From positions 62,001 through 126,000 of the forward strand of contig CBFFRQ010000040.1 of NCBI GenBank assembly GCA_965644315.1: a DNA stretch of 64,000 bases. Reading direction: 5' to 3'. Position numbers and translations under genes: made by a program. Below the pieces are notes generated by a model that saw nothing but the letters and a program-made list of their open reading frames with translations, was not told the DNA's origin and made no database searches. Positions 19,062 through 30,893 of the stretch are shown in pieces. How positions within the stretch are numbered: the stretch's first letter is position 1; each line of letters opens with the position of its first letter. Source of the stretch: Caecitellus pseudoparvulus (taxonomy: Eukaryota; Protista; Bigyra: Bicosoecida).

Positions 19062-22000
19062 TCACTTGTGCGACAGCAGCATGGTCAGCTGCCCCTCCCG
19101 CAGCGGCTTCAGGGACGCCTTGGGCGGCTTGCCCCGCGCCGTGTGGCTGAACTTCGTCAGGGGCTCATCGGAGAACAGCGTGCCGGACTCCAGGCGCGCC
19201 CGCTCCGCGTGGGACAGGAGCATGGAGGGGTAGGCTTGTGGCGCCACGGAGGCCGTCGCGGCCACTGCGCGCATGTGGCGGTACTCCTCGAAGTACGCCG
19301 GCAGGTGCGTCAGCTTCACGCTGGACAGGGACCCCCGCAGTTTGGCCAGGAAGTCGCTGTGGCCGTAGTCGGGCAGACTGCCCAGCACGGCGTCGTACTT
19401 GTTGGGCGGCAGGCCCCGCGAGGCGAAGGACAGCCCTGCCGTGGCGCTCAGGCGGGGTGCCGCAGCCGTGACGCTGTCTGCCGTCCGGACTGCAGTGCTT
19501 GGCGAGGGTGCGGGGTCTGTCGGTGACATCGGCTGCAGCGCCCCTCGCCGCGCCTGCAGCGTCATGGCCAGGGTGCAGGCGCCTCGCAGCCTGTCAGGCG
19601 TCTGGGCCTGGGCACGCTCCTCCGCCGCACCCTCTGCCTCCTCCAGCACACGGCGCACCTCGGCGTCGACGTCCACTGGAGCCCGTGACGGTGGGGTGGG
19701 GCGGGCGGACCCGACGCTGGTGTGATTGGCGACTGCAGCGCCGGCCCCGCCTCGGCTGGGCAGGAGCCGGGCCAGGGCCACCTTGCCGCTGCGCACAGCC
19801 CGCATGATGGTGATGATGGCCCGGAAGCGCCGGGCCTCGGTGCGGTCTGCTGCCACGCGGGCCAGCAAGTTGGGGCGCCAGTGCCAGTACACGATGCCCT
19901 GCTCTGGTGCGGCCCCCACGAAGTCCACACCAGGCGGCAGCGCCAAGGATCGGGACACGAGGGTGTACGTCGTGTGGCGGGCTGGCGGCAGGCCTCGGGC
20001 CAGGGCTGCTTCACGCAGCTTGCGCTCCAGCAGGGAGTTGAGGGAGGTGCCGGGGGTAAGAGGAGCGCGGCTGCCCTGGCCCCCCGTGCGGCGTGAGAAC
20101 TCCCGCACATCTTGGGGGTGGTACACACGCCGCACAGCTACGTGGCGCAGGCTTGTGCGGTCGTCCGAGTACGGGCTGCCGGTACCAGGGCCCCAGCACG
20201 CGTCACCCTTCGTGTCTGCCCTGGGGAAGCCGTGTGGGTGCGTGGCGTCCCCTGAAATCAACAGGCTCAGCTCGTTCACGTGGTCCTCCTCCTCCACGGA
20301 GAAGGGCTTGGCCCACGTCGGTTCAGGGGCAGTGAAGCGAGGGGTGGTGTCCAGGGTGCCCAGCAGGTGCCCCTCGTTGTCCCACAGCCGGGCCAGCCCC
20401 GACTCCCCTGCCGTGAGCAGGCAGCGGGAACCGGGCAGGTACGTGCAGGAGACGAGGGCTGCCGGATCTGCCGCCCAGGCGCTCTCCCACAACACGCCAG
20501 TCTCGCAGTGGGCGGCACTGGGCAGGGCTTCCACCGTCGTGGGCGCACTAGCTGCCGCCTTGGCACTGCGCAGGGAGTGCCGCACCAGGCTCTTCAACTT
20601 CAACAGGGGCAGGCGGAAGTCGGGCAGGTGGCGCTGAGCTGGTCCTGGTCTGGGGCCGGGGGGCGCAGGGTCCTCCCCGAGCGCTGCAGCTGGCAGACGC
20701 CACCGGTGTACCCGCCCCTTGGCGTCCCCCGTCCACACCACTACGCCGGATTGCAGAGTGGCCGGGGGCAGGCAACCCACTGCCCCGTGCACCATGGACG
20801 GCACGGCGGCTGCTGGCGCCACGCACATGCACGTGACGTGGTGCTGGGGCGGCGCCTGCCACTGCCCACGCAGCCGACACGGCCCCGGCCCCGGAGGCAC
20901 GACCCACAGCTTGAAGGTGCCTGTGGCATCCACGGCCAGCAGGAGTGGAAAGGGGTCCAGGAAGGCCATGCAGGATATGGCACTGCCCTGTGGCAGGGGC
21001 GTGAAGGTGCTCAAGGCGCCACTGGGCGTGGCTTTGTTCAGGTGCCACAACAGCAGCCAGTGCGAGCCAGCCAGGCCCGTGGAACACGTCGCGAGGGCGT
21101 TCAGGTGCACACTGGTGGCTGTGGCCACGACTTCCACGCGGCTGTCCAAAATTGGGGCACTGCGCATGCGGTGCATGAAGGTGGCGGAGGCGGCGGCGTT
21201 GATGCGTGCACCCCGCCCTGCCAAGTCTGCCTTGTCGAGCTCCTCGGCGCTCTCATGCGTTCGGACATAGAACGAGCGCACCCCCGTGTCCTTAGCGTGC
21301 TGCTGCACCCTGAGCATGAAGGCTTCGTCCCGGGATCGCGCAGAGGCGTCGGCATCCCCAGCAGCCTCCACAGCGCTCAGCGTGAGCAGCTCCTGGGCAA
21401 ACGGCACCTCCCGGGGGTCTGGCAGGGGGAACCGGCGCAGCAAGCAGGAGTTCAGCGTCTGGGCATTGTACCCTTCAATGTTCATGTCGTCACACACCTG
21501 CACTTGGCCATCCATGCCGACACTGAGCACTTCCGCCCGCCCAGCCAAGTATTGCAGGCTCAGGATGGCCGCCCCGGGAAGGTGGGGGTCCAGGTCCTTC
21601 ACGAACGCCGCAGAGGACAGCAGCAGCACGCCCAAATTGAAGCATTTGATGTGGCCACCATTGTCCCCGATGAACAGCTTGCGCTGGCGGTCGTCCAGGC
21701 AGGCTGCGGAAATCTCCGCCGTTGTGCGGCCCAGCAGTGCCCGTGCCGAGTGCACACGCAGCGGGCGCCCAGTCAGCGCATCCCACACGATGACGTCCGA
21801 CGCGGTGACGGTGACGATGGACATGGTGGGCTCGGCGAAAAACGTGCCGACGAGCGGCAGCAGCAGGGGCACTTCTTGTGTGAAGGCCAGCACTCGCAGC
21901 TTGTCGCCGCCCACGACAAGCAGAGCGTTGCGCTCGCTGCCACCACACTCTGTGGGCAGGCACTGGATACAGAACACTTTCCGCGGCTTGCAGACTTCGG

Positions 22001-24388
22001 AGCGAGGGTCGTCTGCTGACAGGGCGTCTGGCGCGCCCGCGTGGGCTGCAGACTCAGAGTCGTCCGAGTCCGAAGCCACGGCAGCCACTTCGTCCAGGAG
22101 CCCCTCCTCTCCCGTGCCAGCGGCAGCCCTGCCAGCATCCCGTTGCTGAATGCTGGCAGATGCTGCACTTCTTTGGAGCCTGCGTGCTGCTGAGGCGCGC
22201 TCCGCCCGTGCCTGGCGCTTGGCGTGCATGTCCAGCGCATGCGTCGCTGCGGCGTACTGGCTCGTCGTGACGGGGTGTTTCCGGCGCGTCGCTGCGTCGC
22301 CAGAGATGAATGCAGACACTGAGCGCGGAGGGGGTGTGACGTCCACGTACGCTGGCTTGCCCAGCTCCATGTCAGCCGTGCGCCGAGTGCTGAGAGCTGC
22401 CGGGGCCTTGCTGGCACGGGTCGGGTCCACCATCATCGTGAACAGACGGCGGGCCCGGCCCTCACCACGCTCTGGGTACAACGCCGCCCGTGCCCGGGCA
22501 AAGCTCATGCTCCGGCCAGCTTGCAGAGTGGCGGTGGGCGACAGCGGCTGCCCGCCGCACACGACGGACGGACTGCTGGACGCCGACAACGGCGGCAGGC
22601 TGGCACGGCTGGCTGAGCGCAGCGGCGATGCAGGGGGCAGCAGTTGCGTCCCCCCGGCACTGCGTGGCGGCTGTGCCTGCGCCTGCACCTGCCCTTGGTT
22701 CTCCTGCATCCACTGCGAGGCGGCAGCATTCTCCACATCCATCCCGACACGGCCCAGGATCAAGTCCTCTTCTCGCTGGGCGGCCGCTGTCTCTGCATCA
22801 CGCTGGGCTGCGAAGGAGGCGGTTAGGGCCGACCGGGCAGCCAGGGCGACGTCTGATTGGAGGAGGAAGCGGGTTTGCAGGCACTCGTGGCTGTGCAGGT
22901 GCCACACGCGCATGTACCCAGCCTCGTCCAGGGACACGATGTGCGGCACGGGCACGGACAGGTCATCTGAAATGGACACGTCCAGCACTGCATACTCGTG
23001 CCCCTCCAGTGCGCTGGCATGCACCTTCACTGGCCCCTGGCGCCGGCGGCTGGAGTGGGCTGCGTCGCTGGAAGTGCCGCTGGAGCGAAGGTCCCCGATC
23101 CACGGCTTGAGCGGCCACACGTACACTCGGTTCATGTGCTTGGGCGTGACGCGGCTGTCGGGCGGGCCGAAGCCGCAGGTGACGACGACGTCTGCGATGC
23201 GGGAAAGGCGCATGCGCCGCACACCCAGCTCGTGGGCTTCCAGACTGCGCTCGGGCAGGCAGCGCCCCTTGCGCGCATCCCACACGCGGAGGATGCCGTC
23301 TGCACTGCCGGAGAGCAGGAGCGTGTTGAGGTGCCCCGGTACCGCCACCATGGTGTGGATGATGGACAGGTCCTGGGGCATGGAGATGCGGTGCTGGAAG
23401 GTGCGGGGACACACGCCGCGCACCGCCTGGCCGCCAGGGCCTGCCAGGAACACCAGCGCACAGCCCTCTGAGAAGCACAAGATATCCACCTCCAGGTCCA
23501 GGGACATGCGGTTCACGAGGCGTGCCGTGGCCATGTCGAAGGCACTCAGCCAGTGCGTCGTGCGGTCTTGCTTGGAGCTGGTGAGCAGGAGGCCCAGGCT
23601 GTGCACCCAGCACATGGCCAGCACTTTGTGTGGCTGAAAGGCCGTGTCGTGCCGGAAGTTGCGCACCTGTGTCAAGTACGTGCGCGCCAGGGACTGCGTG
23701 GGCTTCTGCGCACGCACCATCTGCGTGTGGCTCTCCAGGGTCGCCACCTGCAGCACGTCAGTGGACGGGTCGCGCATGGGCAACAGGGCCTTGACTGGAG
23801 TCAAGTGCAGCGTGCGGTCCAGTCCATCCACATACTCGTAGCGGAAGCGCAGAGATGCAGTGGCGCCTGAAGGCCCACCCGCGTTGACTCCCAGCTGCAC
23901 GATGTACGCGGAGAACTCCTCCCAGTCGATGGTCTTGTCGTCGTTCACGTCCACTTGCCGAAACAGGTCTATCATTTGCACGTAGAATTCGATGGCGTCC
24001 CTCACCAGCACGCCCTGCGAAAGGCAAGGCGGTGCGCACCTTGAGGGGGTGTGCGGAAATCGACCCGGCCAACAGGCCAACGCACCAATGCCTGCTGCAG
24101 GACGTAGAGGAACTCGGACAAGGACAGGCCACCCCCATCCCCCTTCTCATCGAACATTTGCCGAATGCGCTGGACGTTCTGCTCCGACAGCAGGCTCATG
24201 AGCTGGGACTGCCGCCTCCACACCTTGCGCTCAGCGCCATTTGCCTGCACCTCATCGCCCGCCATGCCGTACAGAAACGCGTCCACGTCCTGCACGGGCA
24301 CTAAATCTCCGTGGGAAATGGAAAGTTCTGTACCATCTCCAGCTGTCGCTGCCCTGTCGTTGCCCCCTGACGCTTGCGCTGTTGCCAT
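19062..24388 (-). CDS. Large EF-hand + WD40-repeat protein (WDR49/WDR64/EFCAB8-like); intron 24085-24015
   Basis: EF-hand LFRQVDVNDDKTIDWEEF, preceded by MFDEKGDGGGLSLSEF. WD repeats LLSGSADGILRVWD, GH...VLDV...MRVW, LLTAGESGLARLWD. Confidence 0.75.
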
Positions 24389-24516
24389 GCCTTGCACAAC
24401 GTGGCTTGCCTTGCTGGGTGCTGGCGCTGCTCACCACGCCGCAGCCAAAGTGGGGAGGGGCACGGCACCTTCAGCTGCAATGGTCCATGTCCATCTCGAA
24501 AGTGCAATGGCCTGGT

Positions 24517-25071
24517 TTACAGTAATTTGAGGTGCCCTGTGACAGCCGACACTGCCTCCTCCGTGCCTGTGTGCGGTGGAAAGCGATGGTGCACGCAGGG
24601 CCCGCCTGGGCAAGCAAGGCCACGCAGGTCGCCCAAACCACGAACCTGGACCAATGGCCAGCACAGTCAGTGTGCCCCCATCCACTTGTGTCCGCCCTGC
24701 ATCCCGCACAGTGCAGGTGGGGAGGCCGGCGTAATTCGCCTTGGCCTGCAGCTGCCGCCTGAGGAACGGAATGGAGGGTGGTGTATGACAGCCTCAATGG
24801 CGGCTGGGGCAAGCAGCAGGCCCCGTGGCGGTGCATCTCACAGTTCCTCCTCACTGCCGATGCGCAGCACGATCTTCGCAGAGCCAGTGGCGTCCCACAC
24901 CTCCACTGCTCCTGGGTCGAGCTTGAGGCCAGCCTTGTACCCGCCGATGGCGGCGTGGCCACACTGGGCCGCGATTTTTCCTTTCTTCATACCAATGTCC
25001 GTGCGCACGCAAAAGGCCATCTTGTAGGAGTCCCTGCTGAACGCAGCAGCTAGCCGCGAAGCGAAGCCCAT
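24517..25071 (-). CDS. PTH2: Peptidyl-tRNA hydrolase 2; exons 25071-24842, 24758-24646, 24566-24517 (130 aa)
   Basis: KMAFCVRTDIGMKKGKIAAQCGHA, KIVLR, VRDAGRTQV..GTLTVLAIGP, VTGHLKLL*. Introns of 83 and 79 nt. Confidence 0.93.
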
Positions 25072-25256
25072 GGCGGAAATTGATCAGCTGCCCTGTGGGG
25101 ACACTGCGGCACTGAGTGGAGGGAATTTAATAGGGCACACAATTAACACAAAAAACATTTATGAAGGATTTCATTTGTTTTGTGGTTTTCTTTCCCAGAC
25201 TCCACGTGTGCCTGGTGCTCTGGTCACAGTAAGCAGGCAACAGAGCTTCCGCAAAC
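25072..25256. promoter_or_regulatory. Putative bidirectional promoter between PTH2 and RidA
   Basis: 185-bp gap between divergent ATGs, with an AT-rich core (25125-25195) in otherwise GC-rich DNA. Confidence 0.45.
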
Positions 25257-25737
25257 ATGGCTGCCGACGCCAGTGCTGCCCCAGCGCTCAGCCCCGTCGC
25301 AACCGACAAAGCCCCCGCTGCCATCGGTCCGTACAGCCAAGCCATGTGTGCTGGGGACACGGTGTATGTGTCTGGCTGCATCGGCATGGTGCCGGGCGAC
25401 AGCAAGGCCTTTGCAGGCGATGGCGTGGCGGAGCAGGCAGCGCAGGCGCTGGCCAACATGGCCGCCATCCTGGACGCCGCCGGTTCCAGCATGCAGCACG
25501 TCGCCAAGACGACCGTGCTGCTCACAGACATGGAGCACTATGCCGAGGTACGGGCGGGCTGCGCCGCCAACGCGCTCGCTTGTCGTGAGAGCATGGCCTC
25601 TTCTTCGCCGGGCACAGGTGAACAAGGTGTACGCTGAGGCGTTCGGCGAGCACAAGCCCGCGCGGGCAGCATTTGCAGTCAAGGGTCTGCCTGCCGGGGC
25701 GCTGGTGGAAATCGACGCGGTTGCCGTGAAGAAGTGA
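25257..25737 (+). CDS. RIDA: RidA/YjgF/UK114 imine deaminase; intron 25548-25617
   Basis: APAAIGPYSQA, VYVSGCIG, KTTVLL.DM...VNKVY..F..HKPARAAFAVKGLP.GALVEIDAVA. Catalytic Arg retained. Confidence 0.93.
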
Positions 25738-25931
25738 ACGGCTGGATTGAAGACCAAGAGAAGACCGGCACGTCGCATCCGGGCCTTGGATCCGCGCAAA
25801 GCAGTCCAGAATGCAAAACTTCACATGCACGGTACAATATGATTACGTTGTGATGCATGCCATGCCTTTGCACTGAACGTGGGCGGGACGGTGGGTTGAC
25901 ATCGGTGGCGGTGCGAAGCGATTTCCGCAGC

Positions 25932-27250
25932 ATGGCGGCTGCCGTCACCAGCGCCCCGCTGCACACGCTGCTGGCTCCTGATAACTTGACGAACCTGTGC
26001 GTTGCTTGTGCTCACGCATGAATGAAGTGCCCAGCGTTGCACAGCAGCTTGCCTCTCCGCTTTTCAGAGCCAGCATTGACTTTGTGGCCGAGGCGCCGCC
26101 TGACCACGACTGCGGCCCAGGCTGCGCACTGATGGCAGAGGGGGGACATGTCGCAGTGCCTGTGTCTTCGTTCCGCGTAATTTACGATGCCGCCCAGGCG
26201 GCGCTGCGGGACGAAGGCGCCGTGCAAGCCCTCAACCACGCAGCAGCACTCGCCACCATCAACCCGCGTTGCTACTACGCCTTGGCCCGCCGCCGCCAAG
26301 CGATGCAGGATGGACGCGTGCAGCCAGACAGTGAGTTGCACTTTACACGGCTGCTGCTGGCTGGAAAGGGCGTCAAGGCCTCCGAGCTGTGGGCGCACCA
26401 CGCTGCTGCGTTGCACGGAGCTTTGCTGAGCCGTGTGCCAGCGGCAGCGGTGACTCCCCTCTGCCCTGGGGCAGCGCAGAGAGTGGGGTCGGCAGAAAAA
26501 GCAAGCGCTGCATGTAAAACTGCGACAGTTGGATCAGACCCAAGCCCTGTGGCCGATGCGCTGCTGATGTTGGAGCAGGAGTGCAACCTGTGCCGGCGCG
26601 CTGCCACGACGCACAAACGCCTGTACTACGCCTGGCGACACCGTCTGGCAGTACAAAGGGCTCTTTTGTCTCTCGGCACGCACATCTCGCACGGCGCCTG
26701 CCAGGCGGTGCGTTGCGTTTTGCGGGATTTGGACGCAGTGGAGGAGTGGGTGCGCCTCCGCCCAAGCGACCACTCTGCGTGGCACCACCGCATACAGGTG
26801 CTGATAGACTTGAGCACCGCGCTGCACTCACACTGGCAAGTGCCTGATGCCCTTCTGTGTGCGCTGTGGGGGCGGGAGCTTGCGTTGCATGCGTACGTGG
26901 CAGGAGCACACCCGGGTCACAACGGGCAACGCAGCGCCACACGCAGCCTCGTCTTGGCAGCCAGGTCTACACTATGTAGCGAGTCTAGTGTGGCGTCGGA
27001 ATGGCCCCTCCCTGCCAGCCTGGCGGCCTGTGCGGCTTCCTGGCGCGATGCTGGTCCTGTTGAGCTGGGCGGTAAGCTGGCCTCAGCCGCAGTGGCGGCG
27101 TGGCAAGGTGGCGCTGCCGAGACTGGTGCTACCGAGGGGGTGCTAGGGCGCGTACAGGTGTGGGTGCGGGACAGCCTGGCGAGGGACTGGGCCGTGAGTC
27201 TGGATGGCAGCGAGCGAGGGAGTGCCAGCGAAGCGCTGCCAGACAGCTGA
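25932..27250 (+). CDS. PTAR1: Protein prenyltransferase alpha-subunit repeat protein (PTAR1-like); intron 25997-26067
   Basis: PPTA-like repeats in PTAR1 order: INPRCYYALARRR, KASELWAHH, YYAWRHR, WVRLRPSDHSAWHHR, HPGH. Upstream ATG exon splices in frame. Confidence 0.65.
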
Positions 27251-27428
27251 GCAACTTGCGCAGTGCGACACTTTCAAGCCAGCCTGCACAACGCAGCCAA
27301 TGCTACAAGTGGGTCGACGCCTGTCTCGACTCCCATTGCCATTGCTCAGTGCCAGCCCTCGCGTGTGTTGGCAGTGGGACCCGACGGAAGCGTGCGGAAC
27401 TTGGTAGCAAACTGCGCACCACGCCAAC

Positions 27429-28676
27429 ATGGCGAACGCAGAGGCAACTGCAGCCCTGGCGGGCTGCCTGCAGGCATATGACACTACAGGGGCCATCCTA
27501 GCGATTCGAGACGGTGCTGAGATCCATGCCCCCTTGGATGGCGGGTTTGAAGCCATGAACCTCGCCGTGCAGTTTGGCATGGTGGAGGTGGTGGGGGAGC
27601 TGCTGCAGCATGGCGTGGGCATTGGCACGCCCATGGTCAACGGGTACTCGCCGCTGCATCTGGCTGCCCAGTTTGGGCAGGCAGATGTGGCTGCCTTCCT
27701 GTGCGATGCGGGCGCCGACAAGGCAGACAGGGGCCAGTCAGGTTACGCGCCCCTGCACGTGGCTGTGCAGTTCGGGCAGGCCAACGTGGTGGAAGTGCTG
27801 CTGCAGGCTGGCGCAGACATCAATGACGCGTTTGGACAGCATACTGCCTTGACGCTGGCCGTGCAGCACGGGCAGGTGGAGGCGTTGGCGGCCCTCGTGG
27901 AGTTTGGCGGGAGCGTGGACCACGCCATGGCGTCAGGGCACACCCTCGTGCACCTGGCCTGCCAGTTCCAGCGCCCAGCCATCCTGAAATGGCTGTGCGA
28001 ACACGGCGCTGACCTGTCCGCGACGTTGCCGTCAGGAGAAGGGCCGGTTCACTTTGCAGCGCAGTTCGGCGCGCTGCGTTGCCTGCGGTATTTGATCGAG
28101 ACAGCAGGACAGGACTTGCGAGCGAGTTCCGCCACCGGCCACCAGACGCCCCTCACCTTGGCAGCCACCATGGGCCGACTGCGCACGGTTCAGTGGATCA
28201 TCTCCCAAGGCGTGCCGGTGGACGACCCTGCCAAGCGGGGCCGCACAGCCCTGTCGGCAGCAGTTGCAGCTGCCCGCTCACACGTCGTGCACTGGCTCCT
28301 GGAGCACGGAGCGGACACTGAGATCACCCAGCCAGACGGCCTGAAGCCTCTGCGTCTGGCCCTGGCGACAGAGTCCACGGCTTGCGCATTGGCACTGCTG
28401 GAAGGCGGGGCTGACCCACTGCCCAACACCGTCGTCCACGGCACCACCAACCTGTGCGTGGTGGTGGAGAATGGCGACTTGGCCATGTTGAAGCGCTTCG
28501 TCGCGTTTGGCGTGCAGCTGCCAGACCCCGTCACAGAGGGCGACCGCCCCTGCCCGTACAAGAGTGCCGCTGCGCTGGAGGGAACGGACTGCCTGCACTT
28601 CCTGCAGCGCACGTACAGGTATCAGAGGTGGCGCCGAGGGCTGCTGTTCCTACGGACTGCCGTGCGCAGTGCGTGA
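27429..28676 (+). CDS. Ankyrin-repeat protein
   Basis: About 9 ankyrin repeats (GYSPLHLAAQFGQ, GYAPLHVAVQFGQ, TPLTLAATMG ... GAD). Confidence 0.88.
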   Translation: MANAEATAALAGCLQAYDTTGAILAIRDGAEIHAPLDGGFEAMNLAVQFGMVEVVGELLQHGVGIGTPMVNGYSPLHLAAQFGQADVAAFLCDAGADKADRGQSGYAPLHVAVQFGQANVVEVLLQAGADINDAFGQHTALTLAVQHGQVEALAALVEFGGSVDHAMASGHTLVHLACQFQRPAILKWLCEHGADLSATLPSGEGPVHFAAQFGALRCLRYLIETAGQDLRASSATGHQTPLTLAATMGRLRTVQWIISQGVPVDDPAKRGRTALSAAVAAARSHVVHWLLEHGADTEITQPDGLKPLRLALATESTACALALLEGGADPLPNTVVHGTTNLCVVVENGDLAMLKRFVAFGVQLPDPVTEGDRPCPYKSAAALEGTDCLHFLQRTYRYQRWRRGLLFLRTAVRSA

Positions 28677-28835
28677 GGGTTGAGATGCGGAAAGTGGGGG
28701 GGTGTCTGCCACGCTGCGCCACAGGGGGGCACATGCTGCAGGTGCCGTGCAGGCCTGGCGCAAATTCAAGACTGTACAGATGTGCGCCCGTGGGCGGCTC
28801 GTGAAGTGGCGCTTGGCTGCTGCGCCCGATCGGAC

Positions 28836-30765
28836 ATGGCTGGCCTGCGCGGCGAGGAGGGGGCGTGGGCGTGGCCCGACACGGCGCCAGCGTTGCGGAG
28901 ATTGGAGCGTGCACTGACCTGCCCACTCTCAGGCCGGCTGCTGACGAACGGCATCCAGCTGCCCTGTTTCCACGTCTTTGACAACCTTGCTCTGCGGCAG
29001 TACAATGCCTCCACATCTTCCAGCAAGTGCCCACAGTGCCAAGCGTGCGTAGCGGAAATCGGTCGCCGTGCGGGCGCATGAGGCAGCACGCTCGCTGACG
29101 CCCACACCACGCTCACAGGGCGTATAGCACGGCACAGTGCAGCACGGACTCGCTCTCTCGCAATGTCGCGGGGGCATGGAACACTCTCAAGCCTGTGCGT
29201 TGCCTGCGCCACTGCCTGGCACCATTCAAACGCGTGTGGCACTTGCCCAGCACCGCTCACAGGAGCTGTTGCGCCTCGTCCAAACTGACCCAGGCCTGGC
29301 CAACGCTGGGTCCCGTGCGACGACAGGAGGAGGTGCTGGGACGCGTGCCTCAGCTGCAGCCACTGTGCCTGCCCCCCTGGCCATCCCCAACTACCACGGC
29401 ATGAAGGCGAAGCGCTTGCGCACCTTGCTGCGGGATTTGGGGCTGCCTTCCACCGGCAAAGTGGAGGACTTGCGCAGCAGCCACAAAGCGTACATCGTGC
29501 AGCACAACGCCATGGTGGACGCCGGAGAACCTTTTTCGCCCCAGGACGTCCTCGCGGCGGTGCACCAGCAACAGCGTGCCCACGCAAGCGATCAGCGCGA
29601 AGCGAGAGCTGCAAAGGCGCTGGTTGACAGAGCCGCCGAGGCGTTCCAGGACGGCGCGGCCCCCCGCGGCCAGCGCAAGCGGTCAAAGCTGCAAGAGGGC
29701 TTCCTCAACCTGCTCCGTGAGACGCTGCGACGGGACTTTGAGCGGTATGGCGTGCTGCACGGGCGGAAGAAGCGACCGGGAAGGCAGCGACGCAAGAGGC
29801 AGCGCAGCAGCGCAGAAAGCCCTGCACCCCCTGCGAAAGCTGCACGCTCAGCGCAGTCCAGTGGGAGCCCTACAAGGGAGCCTTGGATTGTGGTGTTCTC
29901 TGAGACCGCCCAGCGGCACTTCTACTTCAACACCCTAACAAACGTCGGGCAGTGGACGGCGCCACCTGACCTGCCAGAGCTGCCCGCCGTTTCATTACCC
30001 CCTGCGCCGAGTGCCTCAACCACACCCGCCAAGACGCCCACCCAGGCCACAAGCAAGCCTGCCTCGTCTGCAGGGAGCCAGGGGCCCCTGCATGCCGCGT
30101 TTGCCGCCGCCCAAGCTTCTGCGGACCTTAACCGCACGGTGTTTTCTGGGCACTCGGACGACACGCTCTCCACGCCTGGCGGAGGCGAGGTGCTGCTGCT
30201 GGACTCACAGGAGTCTGTGGCCACGACACAAGGCCCTGTCCCACAACAATCGCAGCCGAACATGACCTTGAGTTTCCCTGATACGGCGCGAGACACAGCA
30301 CAAGATACACAGCGCAAAAGCAGCGAAGCACAAGCGCAGCCCGCGTTGCCGGAGTCACAAGACAGCCCCCTGACGCCCCAGGGTGCAAGACGAGGCGCGA
30401 GACGGGCCGCCCCCACTTCACCGACAGGGTTGCCTGACTCGGGGTGGGAGTCAGACGTGGCCCCCACCCTGCCCCTCACTGGCACACAGGCCATTCCACT
30501 GCCTGGCACGCTGGTGCCGTCAGGCGAAGCCGCCTCGCCCACACAGCTCCTGGCGTCCAGCTCCCTGCCTGACACAGCGCCGATGCCCGCCAGCTCTCCT
30601 GTGGCCCTGTCTGGGGGCCACTCCTGGTCCTGTCCCGCCTGCACGCTGTTGCACGAGGGGCCAGATGCCGGCCGAGTAGCGTGCATGGTTTGCGGGACGG
30701 CGAACCCCGAACCGAGACGCAGTGGCCTGCGCCGCTCCACTCGGCGACAAAGCAGTATTCGCTAG
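28836..30765 (+). CDS. RAD18: RAD18-like protein (degenerate RING, SAP, WW, RanBP2/NZF zinc finger); exons 28836-29044, 29119-29194, 29263-30765 (595 aa)
   Basis: W..TAPALRRLERALTCPLS..PCFH..CPQC. RAD18-type SAP IPNYHGMKAKRLRTLLRDLGLPSTGKVEDLRSSHKAYIVQHNAMVD. WW PWIVVFS...FYFNTLTNVGQWTAP. Finger WSCPACTL...CMVCG. Confidence 0.7.
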
Positions 30766-30893
30766 TGATCACAATGCACATGTGTTGCCTGTGGTAGATT
30801 TCCCCTTTGACTAACCCGCACTGCGAGTCTTTGCGAGCGGCCAGAGCACTGCGTGCATCGTGCAGCGTGCAGCGCCAGCCCGATTCGGCCGCC

